In this document: in pieces, positions 51,536 to 64,000 of the stretch
How positions within the stretch are numbered: position 1 is the stretch's first letter
How the letters are laid out: each line of letters opens with the position of its first letter
Origin: Rhynchobatus australiae
Taxonomy: Eukaryota
Assembly: GCA_034780895.1 (NCBI GenBank)
Contig: JAUZTB010000048.1
Span: 27,114,938 to 27,178,937 of the forward strand
DNA: 64,000 nt
Reading direction: 5' to 3'
Notes under the pieces: generated by a model
What the model saw: the letters and a program-made list of their open reading frames with translations, nothing else
Databases searched by the model: none
Told to the model about the DNA's origin: nothing
Translations under genes and position numbers: made by a program

Positions 51536-53750
51536 TACAATGTGATACAACTAACATTTGTTGGAAGCTTGTTTTGGGGCAAGAGTTCTTTAAATACAAG
51601 ATTAATGATGCTCCAGTTTTCACAATGGCATTTGCAAAATTACATGCAAAATAACTGGGGTCATTGGAATGTTCTGCCTACAGCCTTCATCAAGCAGTGA
51701 CCTGCCAAGAGGAAGTTCTTTGTGCCATGCATACTTTCCTTGTTTCTCTACTGTATGGTGTTGGTGCTTCTCCCAAGGCTGCTGAATGTGATCCTTATTT
51801 GCTCCTTATTGCTGTGGATGTTATGAGATATTCTCCCCTCTCTTCGCAAACCTCTTTTCCTGCCCTTGTTCCAGCAGCACCTCCGAGCTGCCTCCAAAAA
51901 CGGCCCAGTCCTTTTTATTTTTTTCTGTGCAACTGAATAAAATACCAACATTTGCTGCAACAGACTTTGTAGCTGCCTAGATGAAAATAGTATGCCCTTT
52001 ACATAGCAGCATCAACCTAGGAACTTCTGGCTGGCAGGAAGTGCTGTTGCCCAGGATTCAAAGTCCAGCACCAATCTACACCGAGAAATTGTGTGTGCTT
52101 AATTAAAACAGCCCCTGTAGCTTGTGCAAAATCAGCCAATGGGCGCGCGCAAATGTTAGTGTGGTCCAACGGGCTATAGGCCTGGACTGAAAAATCTATC
52201 CTCATGGATAGGACATGCAGCCATCATATGTCATACAGGTTTAAAATAGATGGGCAGTGTTCACTCTTGCTGGCTGTCTTCTAGCCTCTTCCCAAAATAT
52301 CTACCTTCTCTTCATTCAACAATGTGTGGAGCCCCAACATACCTGTCAGGAGTGACTATATAGTAACGAGCAAGTGCGAGTTTTATATCTCTCTCCTGGG
52401 GCACTTAGGCCGACTGTAATTGGCCTTGGGCAATAGATGCAACCGGGATATAATAAGTCTGAACGGCACAGATCCTGACAATCCTGAAAGCCGAGGACTG
52501 TTTTGTATACCCCTATTATAACTAAAGTGTAACTGCACGATATCAGAAGATGAACATAGCTTGATGTTTATTTGATAGATTTGATTAACCTGTAATTTCA
52601 AAATTCTGCAATTCTTACCTTTTTTCCCCTTTCCAAAACAACATGCCATTTGATTTTCTGAGTGATTGGTCGCTTACCTAACATGTCCCTTTAGGCCTAT
52701 AGATTAAGTATGGCCAAAAATAGCTATCTTCCTACGTGAATTAACGTGTAATTTGCTTAACTCATGTCCAGATGGTGATCGTTTCCTTGGAGACTGACAG
52801 CTGGTATTAGGCTTAAAGACAGTGTCAGAAACAACAGTAAAAAGAAATGACTACATTTCTATTTTATAAGCCAGAATGTNNNNNNNNNNNNNNNNNNNNN
52901 NNNNNNNNNNNNNNNNNNNNNNNNNNNNNNNNNNNNNNNNNNNNNNNNNNNNNNNNNNNNNNNNNNNNNNNNNNNNNNNNNNNNNNNNNNNNNNNNNNNN
53001 NNNNNNNNNNNNNNNNNNNNNNNNNNNNNNNNNNNNNNNNNNNNNNNNNNNNNNNNNNNNNNNNNNNNNNNNNNNNNNNNNNNNNNNNNNNNNNNNNNNN
53101 NNNNNNNNNNNNNNNNNNNNNNNNNNNNNNNNNNNNNNNNNNNNNNNNNNNNNNNNNNNNNNNNNNNNNNNNNNNNNNNNNNNNNNNNNNNNNNNNNNNN
53201 NNNNNNNNNNNNNNNNNNNNNNNNNNNNNNNNNNNNNNNNNNNNNNNNNNNNNNNNNNNNNNNNNNNNNNNNNNNNNNNNNACAGTGGGGTATTGTACCT
53301 GTGAGTGTTCAGACTGGAGGAACAACAACACTAGAACAAATCAGCTATACAAGATACCAGTGCTTGATGAAAGAGATTAATGGCATTTCCATTTTATATC
53401 AACTGTAACACTCACCTATTTGCATTTTCTTTCATAGAGAATACCAGGAAACAAAAAATGCCCGAAACTAAATGCCTGAACACTCTTCAGGTACTTAGTG
53501 TAAAAATTTATCATTTATTTTCAGGAAATTAGATCTTTTACACCTCAAAACACATCTACTTACATTTTGAGGAGAATAATGTATAACATGGAGTAATATT
53601 CCTGATAAAAATATTACATCTTCTCACCTGGGGAGATTTGCTTTTCATATGCTTGCAACAAGGATAGTGAATGCTTTAAAAAAAAGTATCATGTTTTCCA
53701 TTGTTAACTAGTACATTATATTGAAGACATAAATAATGTTATGAATTTAC

Positions 53751-53897
53751 CTCTGTAGCATAAGAGTCACTTTCTTCACGGCTATAGATGTTATACTCCT
53801 TGTTACTTTCCCGATATTCCTTGCTGTTGGTTCCACAGATCTCCGGGGTTTGACTCCCATCTTGCTGCCAGTCCACTTGATCCCTAAATTCAGGTTG
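53751..53897 (-). CDS. SOGA1: SOGA1 coding exon (49 codons)
   Basis: tgcatgcag|CAA...GAG|gtaaat, phase 0-0. QPEFRDQVDW...REESDSYATE resembles SOGA1 PPDFRDLPEW...EDNDSYASE. Confidence 0.88.
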
Positions 53898-54419
53898 CTG
53901 CATGCATGGGCAAGTTAATGAAAACAAAACAAAGGATAGGGAAGGAACAAAGAAACAAAAACTGGGTATAGTAAACATTGAAAAAACTACAAGACAAAGA
54001 AAAGTATGAAAAGGAAAAACATCTTTATTACAGTTGCATATGAGAGTGTTGTAAAAAAAATCAAAAAGACAATGAGTAAAATTATGGGCTGATTTGTTTG
54101 AAAAAAAAAGAGAAAAGAGAAGAAAAAGTGTGCAAACACCAGTTATGGTGCTCATGCAGTGAATGATGCAGGGATTAAACCAGCAACATGCAGGCAATAG
54201 AGCTCTGATTCAAATTAAGAGTGTGCATGCACTTCTAAGAAACATTCTCTCAATCAANNNNNNNNNNNNNNNNNNNGTCAGGACTAAACTACAAAAGCAG
54301 CAGACCGATTAGCAAGAAAGGCCAATATCCAGCTTACCCTACTTGTCTGAGTCAGATTATAAGAGAACAAATCTAATTAACAGTGCATCCCACTTCAAGT
54401 TTCATTTACTCCTATCTTA

Positions 54420-55660
54420 ATAGTAGGGAAAATGCTGGAATCTATCAAGTGTAAAAGGGAACATGGAAAATAATAGGATTCAACAGTTGACTTGAATTTA
54501 TTAAAAGGAGATCACGTTTAACAAATTAGTTGTAAATTCATGAGGTTGTAACTAGCAGATGAGATAAGGGTCAATGAGTTATGATGTATATTTGGACTTT
54601 TAGAAAGCCTTTGAAAAGGGCTACACTAGAGATTATTAAGCAAAATTAGAGCACGTGGTATTAAGGGTAATCTACTGTGAACTGAAGATTGGTTAATGTG
54701 CAGAAAACAGAGTAGGAATAAACTGGTCACTTTCATGTTTCAGGTGACCAGTGGGGTGCCACATGAATCAGTGCCAAGGATCTAATTGTTTATCATCTAT
54801 ATCAATGATTTGGATGAGGCCCATCAAGGGAGTATGCAAATAATACTGAGTGGCTATGAAGAGGATGCAGCAATGCTTCAAGGAAATGCTGTATAGTGAA
54901 GCTAAGTGAATGGGCAAGGATTTGGTAGATGGAACAAAATGTCGAAAAATGTGATATCTTGCACTTAGTAGAAAAAAAAGGGGTAGAAATATCTTTAAAT
55001 AATGAGAGTTCAGAAGGTATAGGCATTTAGAGAGCTATTGGTGTCCCTGTATACAAATCACTGAAGTTACCAGGAAGGTTCAGCAAGTGATTAAGAAAGC
55101 AAACAGCACATTGGCTTTTATTGCAAGAGAATTTGAGTACTGGAATGAAGAAAGCTCCTAAAAGTGCATTTGGAACACTGTGTATACGTCTGGTCTGGTC
55201 TCCCAACCCAAGGGCGATATACTTGGAAAGGTTCACCAAATTGGTCCTGGGATGGTGGGTTTGTATCAGAGGAGAAATAAAACTTGGAAAGGTTGAAACT
55301 CTCTAGATTTTTGAAGGAGATTGTTTTGGGTTTAATGCAGAGTTAATGTTTCCCCTGGCTGCGGTTCCTAAAATTAGGGATCACAGTCTTAAAACAAAAA
55401 AATGGTTAGCCATTCAGGTCACATTTGTGAAGAAATGTCTTTATTAAAAGGTAATGAATGCTTGGAATGGTCTATCCAAGAGGGCTGTGCAGGCTCACTT
55501 GCTGAGTATATTTCCAGGCAGAGGTTGATTTTTTATACATTGAAGGAATCAAGAAATAAGAGATTAGTCAAGAAAGTGCTGCAGAGGTTAAAGATCTTTG
55601 AATGCTTTGCAGGAATGAAGAGCTGAATGACCCATTCCTATTTCTATTTCTTATGTTTGC
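54420..55660 (+). mobile_element. Degenerate CR1 LINE (RT to 3' end)
   Basis: tatttggacttttagaaagcctttgaaaag (YLDF.KAF.K), agtggggtgcca (SGVP), atctatatcaatgatttggatga (IYINDLD), CR1 tail ttcttatgtt. Confidence 0.8.
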
Positions 55661-56294
55661 ATGCTCCTATGAATTCAACTATGTTAAAACTTGAACTGTT
55701 CAAAATTTGAATTCAATGACAAAAGTAACACAAATGGCATTTAAAATTAACGGTAAAAAGGCAAAATCAGATTTTGTGTTCCGTTACTTTAGAAAGAGCA
55801 GATCTTTTCTCCATGTGCATTAAAAGTATCAGCTAGTATCTGCCAGTATTTTTACTTTAGTACCTAAAATTGCCACAACGAAAATGTAATGGTTAAGACA
55901 AGCTTGGCCTTGGCACTTTTTTGGGATGCCAATGTATATTTCTGTCATCCAGATAATGCAGGAGGAATACCAGTTTCAAACATTTATCTCTAAGGATTGA
56001 TTTTAGGCTGTTTTATCTAAAATTCCTTTTATCTTTACCAGTTTTCTTCAAACCTGAAGGTATTGCTGTTTCCTGTGAAACAATTCCAAGAGTGCCATTC
56101 ACCCTGAACTACCTTAACTAAATTGGTATCATTCAAATGCAGCTCTTGACAATAAATGTTTAGGTAACTTGAACATAGGGATGACCATTGTCAAACAGAG
56201 TCTGTCAGTACACTATTAGCATAAACCACCTGCTGGCGATCAAATGCATGAACTGGAGAAATCGCTGATCAAACATAACTAAATTTTTCTGGAA

Positions 56295-56435
56295 TTAACA
56301 CATGCAGACCCTAGATTAAAACCTGGATTTTTTTTTACAGCTGAAACACTACTAAATTTTGGTGGTGCTTCAGCTGTATCTTTTGAGAGAGGGTAAAAAA
56401 AGTTCAGGTTTTAATCAAGGGTCTATGCAAGTTAA
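56295..56435. repeat. Long imperfect inverted repeat (MITE-like hairpin)
   Basis: gaccctagattaaaacctgga pairs with ttcaggttttaatcaagggtc; inner tacagctgaaacactac pairs with gtggtgcttcagctgta. Confidence 0.75.
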
Positions 56436-57281
56436 CCAAGAGAAATGGGGTCTTTTACTAAAAAAAATGCAAATTATATGTCCAACACATGATAGGGTAA
56501 TACTTGTCATGCCATTAGCGTGCAGTTAAGGCCAAGTGTCATGGCTGTTATGAAGACCCATCAATTTAAGTACACATTTTCAAAAAAGGATAGTATCCTT
56601 GGTCTGTGCTGAATTACTTAATCTCAGTAATGGAGGCATCACACTTTCACAGGAGCTGGATATTGCCTTTTAACTACTGTGACAAAAGTGCGTCTTAACT
56701 AGCTTTTGTTCAAGTTAATTATTTCATATCCATGGAATAGAATTAAAATTGTCTAGTTTCCCTTATGTTCTAATTTGTTAGTTATGGAAAAACTTTTCAT
56801 TCCACTATACTGACCAGTGCAAGGCTTCCCAAAATTAAATCTTTGCTTCAACAGAATCTGTTTATATTACAACAAATTGTAATTAATGCATAATTTTATG
56901 GTTGAACCTCAACTTGCTGATAAAAGAATAAAAATTCCATTTAATTTCAGTAACTATATTGATCAAATTTTATTTTTAAAAAAATCAAATGATTAATGTA
57001 GGAAGCCAGTTTTATTTGCACTGTGTTCACATGAGTATTTGAAAAATACAAATAGTTGAATTTGAACTTTGGTGTTTGAAGTCAAGCTCTGGTTGAAATA
57101 CTACTCCTAATCCCATGTCACGCATTATGCACTGGTCTGTTTTCCACTTCTTATTTAAAAGGCTGATGGGGAAGCTTTAGGACCCAATTTAAGAAAACAT
57201 AAACTTAGATGCAAGATGTACATAGGCATGAAATAAACAGAATGTACATCGAGGGAATTCAGGCTCTGATGTACAAACACT

Positions 57282-57437
57282 GGGTCATTTTGCAATTCTG
57301 AGGTCTACTCATAGAACTTTGCCTGCCGTGAGCATAGATTGGGAATTTGGTTACAGATGCCAATGTGCCCAAATTCCAAATCTGCATGCTTAGCCAGCAG
57401 AAGTCGACAGCATGAGCATAAATTTGTAAAATGACAC
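57282..57437. repeat. Long imperfect inverted repeat
   Basis: gtcattttgcaa pairs with ttgtaaaatgac; agcatagattgggaatttgg pairs with ccaaattccaaatctgcatgct. Confidence 0.7.
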
Positions 57438-57932
57438 AAGCACATTCTACAATCAGGAAACTTACACTGAAGTTTACAGCAACAGGTTTCAGAACACTGA
57501 GATCAATCCATTTGAAATCAAACTGCTGGTAACTAAAAGAAATGACCGTCTAAAACAAAAGATCTAATCCACAAACAATACTTAATTTAGCAACAGTAGC
57601 AATGCACCTCAAATATTATTTTTGCAACCAGTTATTAAAACAAAAGCATATTTTACTGACAGTTCCTGGCAGGCCACTAGAAATGTATATATTTCCTATT
57701 CATGTACATGCATCATCTTCTTGTACCATGCACACTTCATTGGTACAAAGCTCTATGCTGATACAAGGTGTTTGTTACATGCAATGAGTTGTTAGTTTTT
57801 TTCTGTTAATGTCACCAAAATTTAAATTAAGGAACAGTATTAGAAAACTTCTATTATTTTGTCACTACACCATGTAACATGACAAACCAGGATGTTGCCA
57901 CAGGGATTAGGAGCAAAGAAAAATATTATTAC

Positions 57933-59222
57933 CTTTAAATCAGCTGAAAATTCTTTTCCTACAGAATCCATGGGCAAGTCCTGAGACATTGAAGTCAAAG
58001 TGGACAAGAAACTCGCTGATTCTGTCAGATGGGGTAAAGGGGACAGACTCCTACTTTCTTCTCTGATGTTTTCACTGAGCCGATCAATTTTCTCAGTAAC
58101 AGATGCCAACTCGGTCTTTAAGCCAAGAAGCCTAGAGTTAATGTTGCTCATTAAATTAGGATCACTGACGTTTGTAGCTTCCTCACTTTTTTCCTTGAAA
58201 GACTGCGTTGGTAAATCAATGGTCGAACAAAACTTGGCATCAGCAACGAAGCCACTCGTGTCTGAGATTAATAGATCAATAACTTCACTAACAAGTTCAG
58301 CTTGGTCTTTAATACTGAACAGAATTTCGAGGTCTTTTGTTCCTAGCAACCTACCAGTGAAGTCATCATTATCAGCAATTCTGCTGCTCCCACTTCCAGA
58401 GGTTCTCTCTTGAGTTTCTTTCAAATCATTTTCTCCTCCTACTGGTACTTCTCTTCGAGGCTGTGATGAAGAGATATCTAGAGAGTCACTAACCTCTGTA
58501 TCAAACTCTTTGCAGCACTTTTGGCACTGGTAGGATGCCAAGTCATAGCGCTGAAGATTTGAAACGAGTACACGATTCTCATATTCCAGCTTTTTGACTT
58601 TCCCATTGAGGTCACTGATTTGGAGTCTTGCTGACATGAGTTCCTCTTGGGAAGGCTCGTTCAACGATGGACAACTATCTGACCATGCTGACTCCTGATT
58701 ACACTCACTCTTGTATCGGTTTAGTTCATTCATGAGGTGTTTATTTTGGTCTTCTAACTCAATCAAGGATCGCCTCAGGAGTTCTGCCTCCTCTTCAACA
58801 AACTGAAGTTGACGCCGAAGTTCTCCAACGTTCTCCCCAAACTCGCCATAGCTTGTGCTGGTGATTCCCAGTCTAATGTCCTGGCCTAAAGGTTCTTTCT
58901 CACAGTGACCTTTAATCTCATCCATTTCAGCTTTGAGTCCACGGTTTTCCACCTCAAGTTCAACTGTCCTTCGGCTCAAGATGTTGGCTTCCTCCTCGAC
59001 CAACTTTAGATGCAGTTTTAACTCGGCTTCTCTCACATGAGGAGACTCCCCAATATCACCAACAGACACCGCGTTGTCTAAGTCGCCGTAGAGAGAGCTG
59101 TACTTCACTAGCTCTTCTCTCATGGTTTCATTCTCCTTTACTAACTTGGTCAGCTTTTTACACATCACGGCAGCTTCTTCTTTCGCAAAATGGAGCTGGC
59201 ACTTCAGGTCGGCGCTATCCTC
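57933..59222 (-). CDS. SOGA1: SOGA1/MTCL2 large coiled-coil exon (430 codons)
   Basis: Acceptor tgtaacag|GAG, donor AAG|gtaata, 1290 nt. EDSADLKCQLHFAKEEAAVMCKKLTKL...ELKLHLKLVEEEANILSRRTVELEVENRGL...RRQLQFVEEEAELLRRS...KVKKLEYENRVLVSNLQRYDLAS matches recalled SOGA1; LKCQLHFAKEE and MCKKLTKL favour SOGA1 over MTCL1. Confidence 0.93.
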
Positions 59223-59299
59223 CTGTTACAAATTATAAGATGAACGTAAGTATTAAGAGGGACCAGGGAATAATGCTCAGTAGTTCAGAGCATGCATAG

Positions 59300-59580
59300 C
59301 TAAGATTTCTTTATTAGTCACATGTACATTGAAACACACAGTAAAATGCATCTCAGCGTAGAATGTTCTGGGGGCAGCCCACAAGTGTCATCACGCTTCC
59401 GGCGCCAACATAGCATGCCCGCAACTTCCTAAACTGTACATCTTTGGAATGTGGGAGGAAACCGGAGAACCTGGAGGAAACCATGCAGTCATGGGTAGAA
59501 CGTACAAGCTCGTTAAAGACAGTGGCTGGAATTGAACCTGGGTCGCTGGTGTTATAATGGCATTGTGCTAACTGCTACAT
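59300..59580 (-). mobile_element. V-SINE, same subfamily as 2095-2392
   Basis: Reverse complement aligns along its length with 2095-2392 (ggcgccaacatagcatgccc, ggaatgtgggaggaaaccggag, ggaattgaacctgggtcgctgg). Confidence 0.8.
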
Positions 59581-60769
59581 ACCCTTCAGCTTTTAAATTG
59601 TCAAACAAGTTGATTGCACGCAAGGGGAACAACATATTGCAATTTACAGTGCATCACTGCTATCCTAATATTAACAATTCCCTATCATGGACAAATACGT
59701 GCAGGCCAGCTGGGGAGAGGGTGATGATTCAGAGACTGAATCGCTCCTCAAACACTTCATCTGCTGGTTGGCTTCAAACCAATTGACAAAGTATTTAGGA
59801 GAAACAGAATACGGAAAGAAAGGCAGCACCCCCTTGTCATCCTCGTATATAAAAACATGAAAAGGTACGTTATGCAAAGTCTTAACTGAAGTATTATTGA
59901 TAAAGATTCAAAAACAAGATCTGTATTATGCATGCAAGCAACAGAAGACTCATCCAGAGATCATGAGCCTGTCTTAACTTGCTAAATCTAACAAAGGAAG
60001 ATACAAGCACTGCCAGCGAGTTACAGACTGCGCATTTCAAATTATGTACGGCTTTCTAATGTAAGAAATTACTCCTTTGCAAAAGTGCAAACCATGATCA
60101 CTCAGCAAAAGCTCTCAGACATTTTTCTAGGGTCTCCTAACACCAACCATCAATTCCCACCGCTAGGGTGAATGGAATTTTTATGTTGCGACCAAAGCTG
60201 TTCTGTAATTAGATGATTTGAGAATCTTATTAAACTGTAGAATTGTTGGCAAAGGGCCATGGTTGTACTTAAGGAAGTTTTCAAGCAGCTTGTTCAAATA
60301 CAGTACCCTCAGAGCTATCTGACCAGCTACTAGCAAGTTCTGAACTCCAGTAACAGCTGTAATACTGGCAGTGAAAACCTTTGTAATGTGGTATGCACAA
60401 GAACATTTCCAGATATGGACAAGAGTGCCACACTTAATCACATCTGTCCATTTCAGTTTGCAGTCATTTTGCCGGATGACATGGCAGTGAACTTCTTGAA
60501 ATATTACACTGCCATTAAAGATGATCCCTTGGATGACCCTTCTAATTACATGTCTGTTACATTACTTTTATTCCAGTTTTCTTTGCTAATATAAGTGTAT
60601 CTTAACAGATAAATTCAAGGACAATCCTAACTAGTTTGTTACACATGCATAAATCATTGTTGATGTCTCATCTACTAGAAGGGTAAAGACTCTCACATGG
60701 AGGTCATACAACTGGAAATATTTATTTAAAAAAACCATTGTCCTCCATGAAACTGAATAGGCTCTGTAC

Positions 60770-60830
60770 CTGTGGCAAGGGTTTCTTTTCTTGTTTTGTG
60801 GTGACACGACTATTTCTCTTCTTCAGGGAA
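60770..60830 (-). CDS. SOGA1: SOGA1/MTCL2 coding exon, partial (5' part lost in N gap 60831-61087)
   Basis: Reads SLKKRNSRVTTKQEKKPLPQ, then donor CAG|gtacag, phase 0. Resembles the SLKRR...KK..Q segment that precedes (E/D)DSADL in SOGA-family proteins and joins in frame to the next exon. Confidence 0.8.
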
Positions 60831-61714
60831 NNNNNNNNNNNNNNNNNNNNNNNNNNNNNNNNNNNNNNNNNNNNNNNNNNNNNNNNNNNNNNNNNNNNNN
60901 NNNNNNNNNNNNNNNNNNNNNNNNNNNNNNNNNNNNNNNNNNNNNNNNNNNNNNNNNNNNNNNNNNNNNNNNNNNNNNNNNNNNNNNNNNNNNNNNNNNN
61001 NNNNNNNNNNNNNNNNNNNNNNNNNNNNNNNNNNNNNNNNNNNNNNNNNNNNNNNNNNNNNNNNNNNNNNNNNNNNNNNNNNNNNNNAGATACTTTATTA
61101 TATTTATAGATGCTTAAGATCAATGGCTTTAATCTGTCCCAAAAATCACAGAATCAGTGGTCCACTGCTCACTTTCCACAAACCCTGTTGCCTGCTTTAT
61201 TAAATCAAAAACATCATGTGCATACGATTATCTGTCACAGATAAGATCACTTAACTAAGGATAGCAGCCAGACACAAACTACACTGTTTATGCGCTCACT
61301 GAACATGGAGGAGATAAAAAGACTAATAGAATGGGTATTTGCTCATCAGGTTCTTTGAGAAAAAGAAAATCACCACCATTTATTTCTGGTTGAACGTGAT
61401 ACAATAACATTTAGCTTTCCGACTGGCTATGGGCATCTGTAAGCATGCACATAGTACAAAAAATTGGACTGAAGTAGGGTCAATCAAGGTGCACTTGACC
61501 TTGGATGAACTGCTTTCTTTGATCTTGTTCATAAATTAATCTGAATTTTCATCTCCCACTGAAATCCACATGGTGATGTTGAGTGGTACCAGCTGCTTCA
61601 GTACTTTAGAAAAAAGCCAGCGAATAGAACACATCTTTACTTCTAATCATACAATAAAATGACTTTATATCCAAAAAGGGATGATAAGCTTATTTTAAAA
61701 TAAAACGAGCAGTA

Positions 61715-62022
61715 CGGTAAAATTCTGATAATCTGTTGTCTTACTGTTTGGAAATTCCAATCATTAGGTATTAGGTTCATGTCGTTCTGTTTCCCGTGTT
61801 TCCTTTAAGCTCAGCGGGGCCCTGTTGCCCTGCTTCTTTTAAACTTACCTGGTTCTATTTCCCACAATCACTTTGAACTCAGTGGGTTCACTGGAATTTA
61901 TTATGCCACTTTGAAACATCTTAAAAAAAAATGAATTAAACGTGTGTTGGTGTGTTNNNNNNNNNNNNNNNNNNNNNNNNTCTGGAATGTCCCCAGGGTG
62001 CCAGATTAACAGAATGTTATTG
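61715..62022. mobile_element. Non-autonomous Tc1/mariner (pogo/Tigger-like) MITE
   Basis: TIRs cggtaaaattctgataatctg and cagattaacagaatgttattg, each flanked by TA. A related end, cagtaaaactctgataatctggcac, is at ~28613. Confidence 0.6.
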
Positions 62023-62654
62023 TACTCTGTTCTGAAAGCACTTTCGGACCATCCCTTTCTGGTTTGTTACCTTTCCATCTACTGGTTTATTCCACTTACT
62101 GGTTTATTCCATTTACTGGTTTATAATGGAAGAAATACTTGTATCACATATACACTCCTTCCATTCATTTAAAATCTGTTACAGCCAACCTCTGTCCCAG
62201 CATTCAATTCTTTGCTAATAAAGTGATTCATTATTAGGATAGTATTGAATGCTTTATGCCTACTTCTGCAACAAGGTCATCAATCATTGGTTTTGATCAA
62301 TAGACTGAGATGCATATGAAAAAATGCTTGTGTCAGATATCAGTGGGCAAATTAAGCAGTGCTTTATTGTTACTCTGGTCAAAAGAAAATTCGAGGTAAA
62401 ATGTTCTCACTTCGTTACCTATCAACCATGTGTTTGATGACAGCCAATGACTCTTGATCTACCAAGTGCCTTTTTAAAACAAAATCCTTCAAGCTCAAAT
62501 CACACCATTATCTTGCTGCTCTCCATTTTCTTAACCTTTTCTGAGCCCTGCAGTTTATACTTCTTTACATCCCCTTTGACCTTCTCCATTCTTTTGTCAT
62601 TGCCGCATTCAACAACCAGACCCCAAGCTTTGGGAATTCCTTCCCACAAGAACA

Positions 62655-63610
62655 AAAAATGAAAGCAGGAGTAGGCCATTCAGTCTTCACTATTCAACAC
62701 AATCAAGGATTAGCCTCTATCTCAATGTCATATTATGCTCTCTTCACATTACCCCTGATGCCTTGTGTGTAGAAATCTGTTTACCTCCTTCTTAAATATA
62801 TTCAGTGACTTTGCTTCCTTCTGTGATTGAGAATACCACAGGTTCATCACCCCCTCCCAAGTGAATAAATTTTTCCACAACTCAGTTATGTCTTCACCAC
62901 TATTCTGAGACAATGAGCTCTTGTTCTAAATACAAAGGGAAATGTCCTCCCGATGGTTTGTATATTTCAATGAGATCCCCTCTCATTCTTCTAAACAGGA
63001 ATGGTTAACCCATTGTACTCCTCTGTGGCAAGTAACCCTTACCTAGATAAGGTGACCGAAACTGTACACACTACTCCATGTGTAATCTGTAGCAAAACAC
63101 CATTACCCCTTTTATAATAACTTCTTGTAATGGCGGCCAACATACTATTTGCCTTCTTAACTGCTTGTTTTACCCGCATGTTTACTTTCAGAGATTGGTC
63201 TGCAAGGACATCCAGGTCCCTTTGTGCATCAACATTTTGCAGTCTCTCGCCATTTAAGTAATACTCTGTTTTTTCATTTCCTTTCAAAGTGGATAGCTTC
63301 ACGTTTATCCTCTTTATATTGCATCTTGCAGGCATTATACTTGTATTTGCCAACATAGGCCTCTTTGATTTCTCCTCACAACTCACAGTCCCATGCATTT
63401 TGTGTTGTCAAGTCAACAAACATGAAAACACTGCATTTGGTTCCTCATCCAAATCAACAATGAATATCGAGAATAGCTGGGGCCCACGCACCGATCCTCG
63501 TGGTACCTCAATTGTTGCACCTGTCAACGTTTGAAAAGTTGTTTATTCCCTCTCTCCATTACCTACCAGTCAACCAATTTTCAATCCATTCCAACATATT
63601 ACCCAAATTC
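62655..63610 (-). mobile_element. Degenerate CR1 LINE (RT to 3' end)
   Basis: YYLNGERLQNVDAQRDLDVL.DQSLKVNMRVKQAVKKANSMLAAITR, a VPRGSVRGP (GVPQGSVLGP-like) segment near 63480-63505, and tail agcaggagtaggccattcag. Confidence 0.82.
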
Positions 63611-64000
63611 CTTGTCCAAAAATCTTTCCCCTCTCTGATTTAAAGCTGCTGCATAAAACCTATCTCCATGCAGCCTTTTTCTTTGGCCGTGTATCCAATT
63701 TTGTCTGATTATGCTCCTGCACAGCACCTTGGGATGTTTTGCTATGTTAAAGGTGCCTAAAATTGCAAACTGTTGTTGGTCAGAGGATTGTTAATGGAAA
63801 TCATACTGTTAAATGAACAATTTGGAAAAAGTATCATCACCAAGCTGTCACATTTTTCAGTGTTATTTTAAAGTTTCAGTGGCAACTAAAAAGAAAAGAA
63901 ATAACTAACAGAACACTTGGGAATTTAGAAGCTATAAAAATCTTTGTTCCCTGAGAAATATATGATGAAAATCTTGAACAACTCATAATAAACATAACAC

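Noticed and set aside
53412-53440. Strong donor-like AG|gtgagt on the minus strand
   Set aside because: No acceptor giving a convincing frame-preserving exon was found.
58000-58413. Antisense ORFs over SOGA1 exons (also 28820-30380)
   Set aside because: Shadow frames of real coding exons with no independent support.

Overview
Eukaryotic vertebrate genomic DNA from a gapped draft assembly. The repeat content (V-SINEs, DeuSINE, CR1, Rex/Babar and RTE LINE fragments, Penelope-like hairpin repeats) points to a cartilaginous fish; this is inferred, not proven. The main gene is on the minus strand: the 3' part of SOGA1/MTCL2. I resolved 11 coding exons from 60830 to the TGA stop at 28018, all with GT-AG junctions in consistent phase, about 1370 aa visible; the 5' end lies in a gap or beyond the window. 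About 2.2 kb past that stop, a GC/CpG-rich, gap-flanked block holds two intact exons of a nectin/PVR-family third Ig domain with no other exons of that gene visible. An AT-rich 3'UTR-like block with AATAAA lies at ~16.8-18.7 kb. Most notable observations: degenerate minimal hammerhead-ribozyme motifs in Penelope-like repeats, the orphan nectin exons (misassembly is the leading explanation), MTCL1-like motifs inside this SOGA1, candidate cassette and micro exons, and two long intronic hairpins. No prokaryote-type system is present, and I cannot support a wholly new biological system. Repeat boundaries are approximate; protein comparisons are from memory, not from searches.
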